Positions 8,416-18,080 of a DNA stretch of 64,000 bases are shown here, in pieces. The position numbers were made by a program, and so were the translations under genes. The stretch's first letter is position 1. Each line of letters starts with the position of its first letter. The notes under the pieces are model-generated. The model had not been told where the DNA came from, ran no database searches, and saw only the letters and a program-made list of their open reading frames with translations. Location of the stretch: the IMG/VR virus record IMGVR_UViG_3300032931_001151, positions 124,001 through 188,000 of that record; one strand, written 5' to 3'.

Positions 8416-10362
8416 TTATCCGTTTGATACGACTTCGGAGAAACTAACTCCGGTAGATACCGCAGTGAAAGTTAATGTAATAAATTCTGCAACTCTATTT
8501 GGCTTAACCATGATTTGAGCAACGAATTCGTTATTATCAATAACATCTGGGGTATTATTTGATGTATCGCAAACAACTTTATAGTCTGTTATACCTCTTT
8601 GCGACTTAATTCCGGATAAGAATGAATTGGCTAAACTTGAGAATCTTGCTCTTGTGAAGTCATCATTGAATTCAAAGATAAGGAATCTTGCCATCTTTTC
8701 AATGCTTCTTTCCATATTAAGGAATAGTCTACGAACATTGATACGATCGAATGCGGTTGGAGCAGCCGAAAGTGTCTTTTGACCCCAAATAACAACCCCT
8801 TGTCCAAAGAAATTTGGAATTGGATTGATTCTATTTGAATACATTACGTCTCTTTGGGCTTGATTTGGATTAATAGCAACCGCATTTATTCCACTAATGA
8901 TACCACGATTCAATCCAGCGGGTGCCCACCATTGAGCGTTGTTGAAATCTACATCTGCAATTATTTGACCAACATAACCAGCAACGGGAACCCAACGATT
9001 TACTTGATTATATTTGTCATAAATATTAAAATATTGTCCATATATTGCTGAATATGAAGAATTAATATTTAACGATCCCAATGGATCTCCACCTTGGACA
9101 TATGCTTTCATCAAAGAGTATGCATTTGCATAAGGCTTTGAATTGTTTATATTAAACATTTTTGATGCGGGCATACTTAAAATTGAGAAACAATCTTTAC
9201 GGATTTGACTTGAAATGAAATCAAGAGTTCTCTTAAGATCGTCAACATATCCTGGATCTAAAAGAAGATCTATTTCAAGAGTTTCTTTATTGGTGAAATT
9301 ATTAAACCATTGTTCTGAGATTTCACCCGTTAAGTTTCCAAGACTTGAACTTAATGAGTCCGCACCCATTAGATTGAATTGACCAGTTGATTGAACTATA
9401 ACGCCGTCTGCACCACTCTCTGACCCATCAACGAAGAAGTAGATATAACTACTTGCCCCATTTATAACAAGAGGACCAAAATCTCTATTTCCTTGACTAT
9501 CAACACTATCTGCATTTTTTGAAACTAAGAATTGTTCTACGAGAGATCCGGCAGGACTCCACACATATACGGCAAATTTATCTTGTTGCGCTATACCAAA
9601 TGCCGTAGCTGGAACTACTGAAGTATCCATTTCTATAATTGGACCAGTTTCAAATGAAACGTATTCAGAAAGTAAAGTTGTATTAATAGCATAATCGTTA
9701 TTAACATCAATTAATTCATCTCTTAATAACGGACTATCGGAAAGATAAGGAACAGCGGGGGATGAGGTTGTGGATGGAGTTCCATTGTACCAAGTTTCTC
9801 CAAGTGTTTGTAAATCATCTAGTGAAACAGCTTGAGAAATTTCTTCTTTGAATTGCTTTAGAAGATCATAATCTAAAGCACTTATAATAGATACTTTAAC
9901 TCCATCATAGTAAGGTCCAGCACCAACTGCGTAAACGTGGAACATTTCACTATCAAGAAGTTCTACATTTCCATCAATCGCTTCATGAGCAGAAATATTG
10001 TCATATGAAAGGGGATAATCGGAAACTGGTTTTTGAGTTGGAAGAATTGTTAAGTTTGCACCCGACAATCCAACCGTGGCACCCGCACAAAGGGTATTTG
10101 CATTTTCTGTTCTAACAACATAAAGTTTATTACTTCCACCTAAGAAGGCGGCGGATGTAAAGAAGTGTGGATAATTTACAGCGTCCGGTTGGCCGAATGT
10201 ATTAACATAGTCTTGCTCATCCGAGACAAGAGTTACAACATTAATAGGACCTTTTTCGGCAGCTACAACTATAGCACCGACCGAACTTGTTACGCTTGGA
10301 ATTCTTAGTGTTTCGTTCGTCTCTACTATTGCTACGCCGGGAGATTGAAGTACTATTGCCAT
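8416..10362 (-). CDS. gp18: Tail sheath protein gp18
   Basis: 'SPGVAIVE', 'WWAPAGLNRG', 'WGQKT', 'FDRINVRRLF', 'FEFND' sheath motifs. Confidence 0.95.
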   Translation of the reverse strand: MAIVLQSPGVAIVETNETLRIPSVTSSVGAIVVAAEKGPINVVTLVSDEQDYVNTFGQPDAVNYPHFFTSAAFLGGSNKLYVVRTENANTLCAGATVGLSGANLTILPTQKPVSDYPLSYDNISAHEAIDGNVELLDSEMFHVYAVGAGPYYDGVKVSIISALDYDLLKQFKEEISQAVSLDDLQTLGETWYNGTPSTTSSPAVPYLSDSPLLRDELIDVNNDYAINTTLLSEYVSFETGPIIEMDTSVVPATAFGIAQQDKFAVYVWSPAGSLVEQFLVSKNADSVDSQGNRDFGPLVINGASSYIYFFVDGSESGADGVIVQSTGQFNLMGADSLSSSLGNLTGEISEQWFNNFTNKETLEIDLLLDPGYVDDLKRTLDFISSQIRKDCFSILSMPASKMFNINNSKPYANAYSLMKAYVQGGDPLGSLNINSSYSAIYGQYFNIYDKYNQVNRWVPVAGYVGQIIADVDFNNAQWWAPAGLNRGIISGINAVAINPNQAQRDVMYSNRINPIPNFFGQGVVIWGQKTLSAAPTAFDRINVRRLFLNMERSIEKMARFLIFEFNDDFTRARFSSLANSFLSGIKSQRGITDYKVVCDTSNNTPDVIDNNEFVAQIMVKPNRVAEFITLTFTAVSTGVSFSEVVSNG

Positions 10363-10400
10363 TGTGGATTCTCCTTTAAAGGTAATGTCTCGCTAAATCA

Positions 10401-10445
10401 TATTTATAAGCAAAACAAATACTTTATCGGTTACTAGTATTTATA
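10401..10445 (-). promoter_or_regulatory. Tandem T4-type late promoters (sheath/tube)
   Basis: TATAAATA at 10401-10408 and 10438-10445. Confidence 0.75.
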
Positions 10446-10458
10446 CAAAATGGCTTTT

Positions 10459-12198
10459 TTAATCTTCGGATTGCATCTCTTTTTCAAAATTTTCCATGTC
10501 TTGTTCTGGACTTGTATAGCCATCCATGTTGAATATTTTCTTAAAATCACTCAATACTTCTTCGTCTTGAACTTCTTCGGGTCGAGTAGATTGTTGAACT
10601 ACTATTTTACTATAAAAATCATTTTTATTATCATCCCACCACTTTGACCTTAACATATATGATACCCAGTAACTTGCGGCTACTTGGTCGTCCATATTGC
10701 CATTCCCACGTTTAGCAGCAAACTTGCCCGGCTTATTACCCTCTTCATATATTCTTAATTCAACTAATATTGAATTAGCATATATCTTACATACATCACC
10801 TTCAACGTCTTCTTTGAAATTAGTAGTTGCCAAAGGCTTTGTTTGAGCATTGGCGTTTACGCCTAATGTTTGGTTGTCATAATCGTAATAAACGTTCTCG
10901 TAGCCCTTTTCCATATATATTTCGTTTAATAGAATGACGCCTAATCCGGTTCCATTATTTTCACATATAATAGAAGCATTATTATATCTTTTAGCTATAG
11001 TTTGTGCAATAGAAGCAAAATCAAATACATTTATATCATTTCTCTTGTATAGTGCTGCTAATTCATAGTAACCTTCTGTATAGTAATTAGTTACATCATA
11101 TATCGCAACCACCGAATTATCGCTTCCTGCTCCGGAAGATACGTCAAGACCTGCAATATATACTCTTCCGGGTTGAGGGTTAGACCATATGTTGAACCAT
11201 TGACTTTCTTGCTTAATAGGGGTCTTTATCATCTTACCCAACGAATCAAGAGCCGCACCACTTAATAAGGTCTTTGAAGAACCCTCAAATTTACATTCAT
11301 ACTCTTGCAACCACGACTGTAAGGAGCCGAGAGCCGCTATAGTGTCTTTCTTAAATTGCTCATCTCTACCCGGAACCTCCCACCATTCTACTTTGAATGG
11401 AGCAAACGGATAAGTACCATCTTGTTTATTAGCACTTTGCCAAATCTCGTAAAATAGGCCGGCTGGACCATTTGGAGTAGACACCAATATAACTTGACCT
11501 TTATTTCCAATAATTGGAAAATTTGATTTCCAAAATTTATCCGCAATATTCTTAGGAACGAATGCGAATTCATCACAAAAAAGTATCTTAGCCGAGAAAC
11601 CACGCAAGGCATTTTCGGAAGTCGCTGCGCCAAATATTGCCGACCCATTTTCAAATTCTATCTTTGTGTTATTATATTCCGTAACACCTGGCTTCATAAA
11701 TGCGGGCAATCCCTCGTATGCTTTACGAATATCGTCAAGAATTTCAATGGCATTCTTTTGCTTATTAGCCAAAACTGCTATATTGCAATGCTCGTTGAAT
11801 ATAGCCGACCAAAGTAGATATATACAAGAAGTTGTAGTGTTATGACTCACTAAACCATTAGAATAAAATTCATGCTCTTCCGAATCTACTTCAACGTCAT
11901 ACATATTCTCTTCATATCCAAGATTTGATATGTAATTACATGCATAATACCCAACGTCCGTTTCAATTAAAGTTCCAATTTGAATGTCTTGTAAATATAT
12001 CGGAGTATGATCTATTGTATAAAGAATATGTGTATCGGCGGCTTTTAATTCATCTCCGTTAACCAACTTAATGTGCCATACTTCATATGGTATAGTCTTC
12101 ATTACCTTATTGATATTTTTAAATCCTTGTGGAGTTTTTATAAGATAGTTAGAAGGTACGGTAAATACTTCTTCAAATTTTCGTATCGGTTGTTCCAT
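10459..12198 (-). CDS. gp17: Terminase large subunit, C-terminal part, preceded by split-intein IntC (aa 1-120)
   Basis: Intein block F/G 'MYDVEV...FYSNGLVSHN' followed by Thr+1; then 'LFCDEFAFV' Walker B, 'STPNG', 'QEYEC' and nuclease 'GLDVSSGAGSD'. SD GAGGA. Confidence 0.92.
   Translation of the reverse strand: MEQPIRKFEEVFTVPSNYLIKTPQGFKNINKVMKTIPYEVWHIKLVNGDELKAADTHILYTIDHTPIYLQDIQIGTLIETDVGYYACNYISNLGYEENMYDVEVDSEEHEFYSNGLVSHNTTTSCIYLLWSAIFNEHCNIAVLANKQKNAIEILDDIRKAYEGLPAFMKPGVTEYNNTKIEFENGSAIFGAATSENALRGFSAKILFCDEFAFVPKNIADKFWKSNFPIIGNKGQVILVSTPNGPAGLFYEIWQSANKQDGTYPFAPFKVEWWEVPGRDEQFKKDTIAALGSLQSWLQEYECKFEGSSKTLLSGAALDSLGKMIKTPIKQESQWFNIWSNPQPGRVYIAGLDVSSGAGSDNSVVAIYDVTNYYTEGYYELAALYKRNDINVFDFASIAQTIAKRYNNASIICENNGTGLGVILLNEIYMEKGYENVYYDYDNQTLGVNANAQTKPLATTNFKEDVEGDVCKIYANSILVELRIYEEGNKPGKFAAKRGNGNMDDQVAASYWVSYMLRSKWWDDNKNDFYSKIVVQQSTRPEEVQDEEVLSDFKKIFNMDGYTSPEQDMENFEKEMQSED
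11839..12198 (-). mobile_element. Split intein C-fragment (IntC, 120 aa)
   Basis: Block B-like 'AADTHIL'; terminal His-Asn codons at 11844-11839; +1 residue Thr (ACT, 11838-11836). Confidence 0.9.
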
Positions 12199-13354
12199 TT
12201 AATTCCTCATTTATTAAATTAACACAATAGTTAATTATAGCATGTTTGTCTTTTTTATAGTCCTTTTCTTTAATATGTATTATTTTTAAAGTAGGATTGA
12301 ATTTTATAATGTTTTCTTCTCTAATTCTATCCCTTTCTTGATTTCCCCTCTTTTCCCCGTGCCAATAATCCCCGTCAAATTCAATACATAGGTTAATTGA
12401 GGGAATAAAAAAATCAAGAAACATCATTTTCTTTTCGGGGGTTATTATCATATATTCAAAATTATCTCCAAATGGATTAATTATGTCTTCATTTTTCCGA
12501 GTTGCATAGTACACTTTTAATTCGTAAGGCAAAAATGACATTATGCTATTAAATAAATCTTGGGATATTTGCGAATAACCCTTACCATTATTCATCTTGG
12601 CTCTTGCTATTCTTTCAATTTCCTCGTCTGGTTTATTTAATAATGTTTCTTGCCATTTATTTTGTCTTTCTTTCCATCTTTTAATTCCCTCTTCCTCACC
12701 AAATTTTTCAATCATTATCTTTTTTGAAAATGTTTGTTGTCTCTCATGAACTTTTTGTTTTGCTTCTTGCTCGGAATATCCCTTTAGTACCCAATATCTC
12801 TCTGATGATGTTGACAAATGGTAGTCCGGATTTTCTTCTTTTCTTTTGGTGAGAGTATCCATCGCCCGTTCTATTCTATTGGTGTTTTTTGCATACCATG
12901 CAGTACTACAAGAAAAGCTACAAAAATCATTAAATCCCCTATCAAATCTAAATCCGTTCTTCTTTCCACATTGCTTACAATGGGTAAAATCTATAGGTTT
13001 CATCATATATTTAATATAATACTCTTCTGTTACCATATTATGTTTCTTTAAATGTCTACTTAAATTTTTCAAAGAGTCAAACAATTCCCCACATTCTTCA
13101 CATTTTATGGTTTTAATAGATTCTCTTCTCTCTTGTTCTAATTCTCTTGTAGATTTTATACTATGTACTTTTTTCTTGTGAGTAGCAAGAGAGATTTTAG
13201 TAGTGCATTTCTCTCCACACACATCGCATATAAAAGGAACTATTCCTTCATATTTCTCAAAATATTCTGCTATATTACACTTATGCACATCTCTTAAGTG
13301 TTGATATAAACAAACATAATTTGGGAACTCTTTATTACATAATTTACAAAGCAT
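12173..13354 (-). mobile_element. Free-standing putative homing endonuclease: C2H2 zinc fingers plus Vsr/DUF559-like PD-(D/E)xK domain
   Basis: Three CxxC...HxxxH fingers, a CxxC...CSxxC motif and C-terminal 'LDFFIPSINLCIEFDGDYWHG'; lies between the two terminase halves. Confidence 0.8.
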
Positions 13355-13374
13355 AGTTATTCTCCTTCATAGTA

Positions 13375-13394
13375 TATTTATATTAGTATACCAT
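13375..13394 (-). promoter_or_regulatory. Late promoter plus extended -10-like site upstream of the endonuclease and TerL-C
   Basis: TATAAATA at 13375-13382 with TGGTATACT just upstream. Confidence 0.65.
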
Positions 13395-13408
13395 ATAGGA
13401 AAGAAAGT

Positions 13409-13756
13409 TTAAATACTTTTTATCATATTGAAAAATTCTCCAATTTCTATCTTTTCAATTTTACCACTTATTTTGTCTAATATTTCAACATATTGTTGAG
13501 ATTGAACACATTTTCCACTTTGTCTACCACTCATAACAACTTTGTGACGATTTCCAACGAAATGCTCAAGTAGCCTTTCTTGGAACTCTCTTAAGTTAAT
13601 TACATGTTCTCCCGCATCACTAATAACCTTATAGTAATTGTTAGCAAAATATTTTATGTCTTGTTTACATCTTAAAATTTCGATAACTTGTTCTTCAGTT
13701 AAATTTCTAGTTTGATTTGGCTTTATAACTCCATTTTCATCATATGTAATTGGCAT
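13409..13756 (-). CDS. gp17: Terminase large subunit, N-terminal part (aa 1-82), fused to split-intein IntN (aa 83-115)
   Basis: 'EILRCKQDIKYFANNY', 'LREFQ' Q-motif and Walker A 'GRQSGK', then Cys1 'CVQSQQYVEI...IEIGEFF'. Confidence 0.9.
   Translation of the reverse strand: MPITYDENGVIKPNQTRNLTEEQVIEILRCKQDIKYFANNYYKVISDAGEHVINLREFQERLLEHFVGNRHKVVMSGRQSGKCVQSQQYVEILDKISGKIEKIEIGEFFNMIKSI
13412..13510 (-). mobile_element. Split intein N-fragment (IntN, 33 aa)
   Basis: Begins with Cys (TGT, 13510-13508) immediately after the Walker A Lys; block A-like pattern. Confidence 0.85.
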
Positions 13757-13765
13757 AAATTTATT

Positions 13766-14320
13766 TTATTCCTTTCTAACTTCTGCTTTAACTTCTATTG
13801 TTTTTGGGGAAGACTTTCCTGCTACATTTATTTGTTTCATTAAATCTTGTAATGTTCCTGTAAATGCTATATTTTGTGTTATACTGGCAGGACCGTCTCT
13901 TTTCGCTTCTATCTTTTGTCTCTCTATAGCAAATTCTTTTTCTTTAATATCTATATCTCTATAACTATCGGCGGCAGATACTACCGCATTACTTAAAGTA
14001 GCTATCACTTCAACATATCGAGGTGAAGGATCAATTTCCATTTCGCTTTTAGTCATTTGTAGAAGACCGAATCCCTCAAGAGCCAATTCTTTATACATAT
14101 TTTTTGCGAAGGCATCACCCTCTAAACTTCCCATTTTTTCTAACTTCTCTTTAATTGCTTTTGCTTGTTCTTGACGTTCTTCAATTTTATCAAGAGCATC
14201 TTCACTAGGGGAAGATTCAATAGATCCACTATCTAAATCTGATAGATCGTTAACATTAGATGATATACCTAATGATTTTTCTATCTTTTTTTCGGACAAT
14301 GACTTTATTCTTTCACTCAT
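13766..14320 (-). CDS. gp16: Terminase small subunit gp16
   Basis: 'PSPRYVEVIATL' and 'TQNIAFTGTLQDL' motifs; position between gp15 and gp17. Confidence 0.75.
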   Translation of the reverse strand: MSERIKSLSEKKIEKSLGISSNVNDLSDLDSGSIESSPSEDALDKIEERQEQAKAIKEKLEKMGSLEGDAFAKNMYKELALEGFGLLQMTKSEMEIDPSPRYVEVIATLSNAVVSAADSYRDIDIKEKEFAIERQKIEAKRDGPASITQNIAFTGTLQDLMKQINVAGKSSPKTIEVKAEVRKE

Positions 14321-14328
14321 AAAACCCT

Positions 14329-15435
14329 TTAAATTTGTAAGGGTGGTGGCCCTATTGTATTATTCCAATCCTCATACTCTTGTGGTGCCTTCGGGTCTGG
14401 CATAACCGGAGCCTCCGGATTTAAACTATTATAATAATTATACGACAAATTTCCCGATTCTGGCCACAAATATCTTAGTGGGGGATTATGAGTATCTTGA
14501 AATTGCCCTATTGTTATATCAATTTCACCTTTACCAGAATTGCTAGTAGGAGTAAACACAACCTTATTTTGATTTTGCCAAGTATCTACATTAATAATAT
14601 AATTAGCACCACTTATTTGAGCTGTAGCACTACTTGATTGGTCTAAATCTGCTATTCTTGATAGTAATGTAGCATCAACTCCATACATTAGAGAACCACT
14701 TACTCCAGTAGTTATAACCTCGCCATGTGCTCTTAAACTACTTGATTTACTCATATCCGCAATACTTATACGAGTTACAAAAATCTCTTTATCAAAGTAA
14801 ATTGGCTTATATAAATTACATTCTACGGTAAATGATAGATTCCATTGTAGTAATCTTCTATCCGGCTCATTTAATTCAGAAACGAAATTTGGATTAACAC
14901 TATTCAATCTAACCATACATTTACGTTCAGACTCTACTCCACGCTCTTTCAATGAAATATATAGTTCTGGGGCAAAAAATGGCAATAGATTTTCAAGTAT
15001 CTGCACTCCATCATCCATGTACTTAGTCCACAATACAACTTCCATTTCAAGAGAATATGGGACCGTTTGAAAGTCATAATTTTTAACTCTTGTTTGACCC
15101 GTTGATGTATCTAAATATTCAATAAATAGATTTCTCTTTTGAAGTTGGCCACGCATTCTTTCCGGAACCCACGAAATACCATTCCAAGCAACGCTAATTT
15201 TTGGCAATGTATTATCCACTTCCGCACGATCTTTTCCTAATTGAACCGTTAGTGCTGAAATAACTTTCTCTTTTGGAGAAAGAATAACAGGAACGGTTTT
15301 ATAACCAATTATTTGTCCATATTGAGGGGAATTTCTATCCTTCTCGTATATGTGAAGCCGAATGTCCTCAAATAACTCAGCAAATGCTGCTATATGACTC
15401 CAAATTGTTCTATAGTAATAGACTGTGCGGCTCAT
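14329..15435 (-). CDS. gp15: Tail sheath stabilizer / completion protein gp15
   Basis: 'YYYRTIWSHIAAFAELF', 'VPVILSPKEK', 'QILENLLPFFAP'; probable start at 15435 (ATGA overlap with gp14). Confidence 0.85.
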   Translation of the reverse strand: MSRTVYYYRTIWSHIAAFAELFEDIRLHIYEKDRNSPQYGQIIGYKTVPVILSPKEKVISALTVQLGKDRAEVDNTLPKISVAWNGISWVPERMRGQLQKRNLFIEYLDTSTGQTRVKNYDFQTVPYSLEMEVVLWTKYMDDGVQILENLLPFFAPELYISLKERGVESERKCMVRLNSVNPNFVSELNEPDRRLLQWNLSFTVECNLYKPIYFDKEIFVTRISIADMSKSSSLRAHGEVITTGVSGSLMYGVDATLLSRIADLDQSSSATAQISGANYIINVDTWQNQNKVVFTPTSNSGKGEIDITIGQFQDTHNPPLRYLWPESGNLSYNYYNSLNPEAPVMPDPKAPQEYEDWNNTIGPPPLQI

Positions 15436-16175
15436 AAATCTCCCCATCCATTCCATATTTCTCTATTGTGGACTATCGCAACATCTTTAGCCGCTTTAGT
15501 GATCTCGGAAGCGTCCCCTTTATTTGCATCTTGACTCGGTTGAGGTACTTGATACTTATCTGCAATTCTCCCCGATCCATCGCTTACAAGGGCATCTGCT
15601 GGGGCATTAGGAACAAGATTACCTTGAGAATCCACAACTCCGTATTGTTCCCCTCGACCTTCCGTAGCGGGGGAAATCTCGGCTTCTTTACAAGTTAAAT
15701 CGTAACAAGTTCTACGACCAAATACATTTCCTTTGGTTCCCAATGTAGTTAAAACCACGTTAGTCACTTCAAATTTCAACTTTGAGTTATTCGGAAACAT
15801 AAATAAGTCACCTGGAAGTGGATCTCTATTAAATCCTATAAGACGTTTCCAAGTATTGATATGAAGATACATTGAGAAATCCACCGTATTTAATTGTCCA
15901 AATCCGTTAAAAAGCAATGATTCTTCAACGGTTCCATCTTTTAAAATAGTTGTAAGTTGCCTCTTGTCTTGATATTTCTTAGTATCATCTTCTCCAAATA
16001 TACGATCTTTATTAGGATCGGTTATTTGATGGAAGTAATCAATTGGCAACCCATATATTCCAAAATATTCAGCAATCATATTGTCAAGGTACTCTATCTC
16101 AGTACCTTGATTTATTTCTCCAGTAAACTGGGGAAAATATTCTTTATAACTTAAAGGATGTTGAAGTCCGCTCAT
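15432..16175 (-). CDS. gp14: Neck protein gp14
   Basis: 'DRIFGED', 'PLPGDLFMFP', 'YDLTC'; synteny 13-14-15. Confidence 0.8.
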   Translation of the reverse strand: MSGLQHPLSYKEYFPQFTGEINQGTEIEYLDNMIAEYFGIYGLPIDYFHQITDPNKDRIFGEDDTKKYQDKRQLTTILKDGTVEESLLFNGFGQLNTVDFSMYLHINTWKRLIGFNRDPLPGDLFMFPNNSKLKFEVTNVVLTTLGTKGNVFGRRTCYDLTCKEAEISPATEGRGEQYGVVDSQGNLVPNAPADALVSDGSGRIADKYQVPQPSQDANKGDASEITKAAKDVAIVHNREIWNGWGDL

Positions 16176-16182
16176 AAAAATT

Positions 16183-17184
16183 TTAACCTACGAAGAAATC
16201 GGTCGGAGTGTTGAAGGAATTGTCTCTAATTTGTTCTTCTAAATCTTTAATTTCTTCTTTTGCTTCTGCTAGATAGAAGTCCCAATCAATTGTTACGCCA
16301 CCTGGAAATACCGCATCTTTGTACAACTTGCCATTATAAGCAATTTGTTTCTTCGCTAAAGCGCATGCATACCTTCTAACCCACATATGTTCGTACATCC
16401 ATTCTTCACTAACTCTTGCCCAAACACCAATTACTATAAATCCGTCTCTTGGTGGTGCTGGAGAGAATCTTACTTTTCTTTCTTGCTCTAAAAACTGCAT
16501 TCTCATTTTAACAGTGAACATTTGTTTAACCATTTCAAGATATTGAAGGCTCATCATGTAACTTACTAAATCAACTCCACCACCTGCGCCACGAACACCA
16601 CCACGAGTACCAAACGCATCAAATCCGGGAGTTCCACCTGGAACGAATAATCCCGTAGTAGTTGCAGTTCCCATACCACCACCCAAACCACCGACACCCC
16701 CTAAACCAAAATTACCAAAAGCCGATTGCCAAGCAGATGTATCTAATAAACTCTGGTCGTCATTAGATGCTCCAGCATTGACATTTCCATAATTTTTTGA
16801 ACTACCACCCGAACTTAAAAAATCAGACAATGCTATAACACTTCTAGGCAATTGATACTCTTGCTTGTATCGCATAATCGCACCAGCGGAAGTATTAATT
16901 GACATGCTTGTCGGATTGTTTCTAATATCCGAATTCTTTATTAATCTAGTATCTTTATCTTGTAATAAATTAGTATTCTCAATTTCGCAATCGCCCTTAG
17001 TCCATATAATAGCCATTTGCTCTTCATTACCAATCCCACCCATAAATTCACCACCATACAACACGGCTTCATCAATTACGTCGTCTAATTGCTCTGGAGC
17101 CAAAGGAATCGCTCTAAGTATTGGAGCACCCAATCTTCTTCTAATCCAATCCGCTAATTCCTGCTTTTTGTTGTATATTTGCAT
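16183..17184 (-). CDS. gp13: Neck protein gp13
   Basis: 'ELADWIRRRLGAP', 'WVRRYACALAK', 'PGGVTI', C-terminal 'FFVG'; contains a Gly-rich insertion. Confidence 0.85.
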   Translation of the reverse strand: MQIYNKKQELADWIRRRLGAPILRAIPLAPEQLDDVIDEAVLYGGEFMGGIGNEEQMAIIWTKGDCEIENTNLLQDKDTRLIKNSDIRNNPTSMSINTSAGAIMRYKQEYQLPRSVIALSDFLSSGGSSKNYGNVNAGASNDDQSLLDTSAWQSAFGNFGLGGVGGLGGGMGTATTTGLFVPGGTPGFDAFGTRGGVRGAGGGVDLVSYMMSLQYLEMVKQMFTVKMRMQFLEQERKVRFSPAPPRDGFIVIGVWARVSEEWMYEHMWVRRYACALAKKQIAYNGKLYKDAVFPGGVTIDWDFYLAEAKEEIKDLEEQIRDNSFNTPTDFFVG

Positions 17185-17189
17185 TTAAT

Positions 17190-17723
17190 TTATAAATCCT
17201 TTATAATTCCCTTTATAAACTTTACCAAGTCCCATTTAGTTTTGGGTACATGTGAAAAATCTATATTTGCTTCCGTTAATAATTTGATACTTTGATCTTT
17301 TGTTACAGAAAACCATTCTTTATTTGTTAACTTCTTTAGTTCTTTTAACTTATCAATATTCACTTCAATTGATGGAGTAGGTGGAATTGCTCTATCAATT
17401 TCTTCTTGTCTACTCTTTTCTATTGATTCGTAGAAATTTACAACTTCTTTTATTTGATCATCTTCGGATTTCCCCTCATTCCACGAAGGAGAGTCCATTT
17501 GTATTACTTTTGGTTCATATGAAGGACGTTGTATAGGTTGTGGCATCGGTTTTGGTGCAACAACTCTTTGTTGATTCATAAGAGCTTGTGACGGTTGTTT
17601 GAGATACATCCATCCACCCTCTCGATGTTCCATAATAGCATCATAATCGGCTTTTATTATATCGCCGGTTTTAATGTTACCTATTGGTGGCCCAACTCTT
17701 TTAAAAAAGCCTATTCTTGCCAT
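17190..17723 (-). CDS. Hypothetical late protein with possible C-terminal HeH/LEM-like motif
   Basis: Late promoter upstream; 'TKDQSIKLLTEANIDF...TKWDLVKFI'. Confidence 0.5.
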   Translation of the reverse strand: MARIGFFKRVGPPIGNIKTGDIIKADYDAIMEHREGGWMYLKQPSQALMNQQRVVAPKPMPQPIQRPSYEPKVIQMDSPSWNEGKSEDDQIKEVVNFYESIEKSRQEEIDRAIPPTPSIEVNIDKLKELKKLTNKEWFSVTKDQSIKLLTEANIDFSHVPKTKWDLVKFIKGIIKDL

Positions 17724-17741
17724 AATGGTCCCTTTCTAATG

Positions 17742-17749
17742 TATTTATA
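17742..17749 (-). promoter_or_regulatory. Late promoter (neck/terminase operon)
   Basis: TATAAATA. Confidence 0.7.
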
Positions 17750-17754
17750 AGAAT

Positions 17755-18045
17755 TTAAACGGCGTTCAATTCGGAAATTTCTCGCTTAAGATCCGATATT
17801 TCTTTTTCGGTATCTTCCATAGCCCTTTCGGCTTCCATTCTTTTTGTCGCATGCGATATGTCCAATTTTAAAGTAAATTGTGCCACGTCTTGCTTTGCAT
17901 ACCATAAAGCCTCTTCAAGTTGATCAATATGCTCCTTAAGAGATTGAATCTTCCACTGGCGTTGCTCTTGAGTCATCTCGTGTGGAGTAAGAGGCTTAGG
18001 TTTAATTCTAATAGGACCGGTTAATTTAATAATTCTCTCAGACAT
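17755..18045 (-). CDS. Hypothetical coiled-coil protein
   Basis: Strong SD AAGGAG and extended -10 TGTTATAAT upstream. Confidence 0.6.
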   Translation of the reverse strand: MSERIIKLTGPIRIKPKPLTPHEMTQEQRQWKIQSLKEHIDQLEEALWYAKQDVAQFTLKLDISHATKRMEAERAMEDTEKEISDLKREISELNAV

Positions 18046-18080
18046 ATAATATCTCCTTTAAGGAGTATTATAACATATTA

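Noticed and set aside
12199-13408. Group I intron interrupting the terminase gene
   Set aside because: Only 54 nt of non-coding sequence and no ribozyme core are visible; both halves have start/stop signals and intein termini that fully explain the split.
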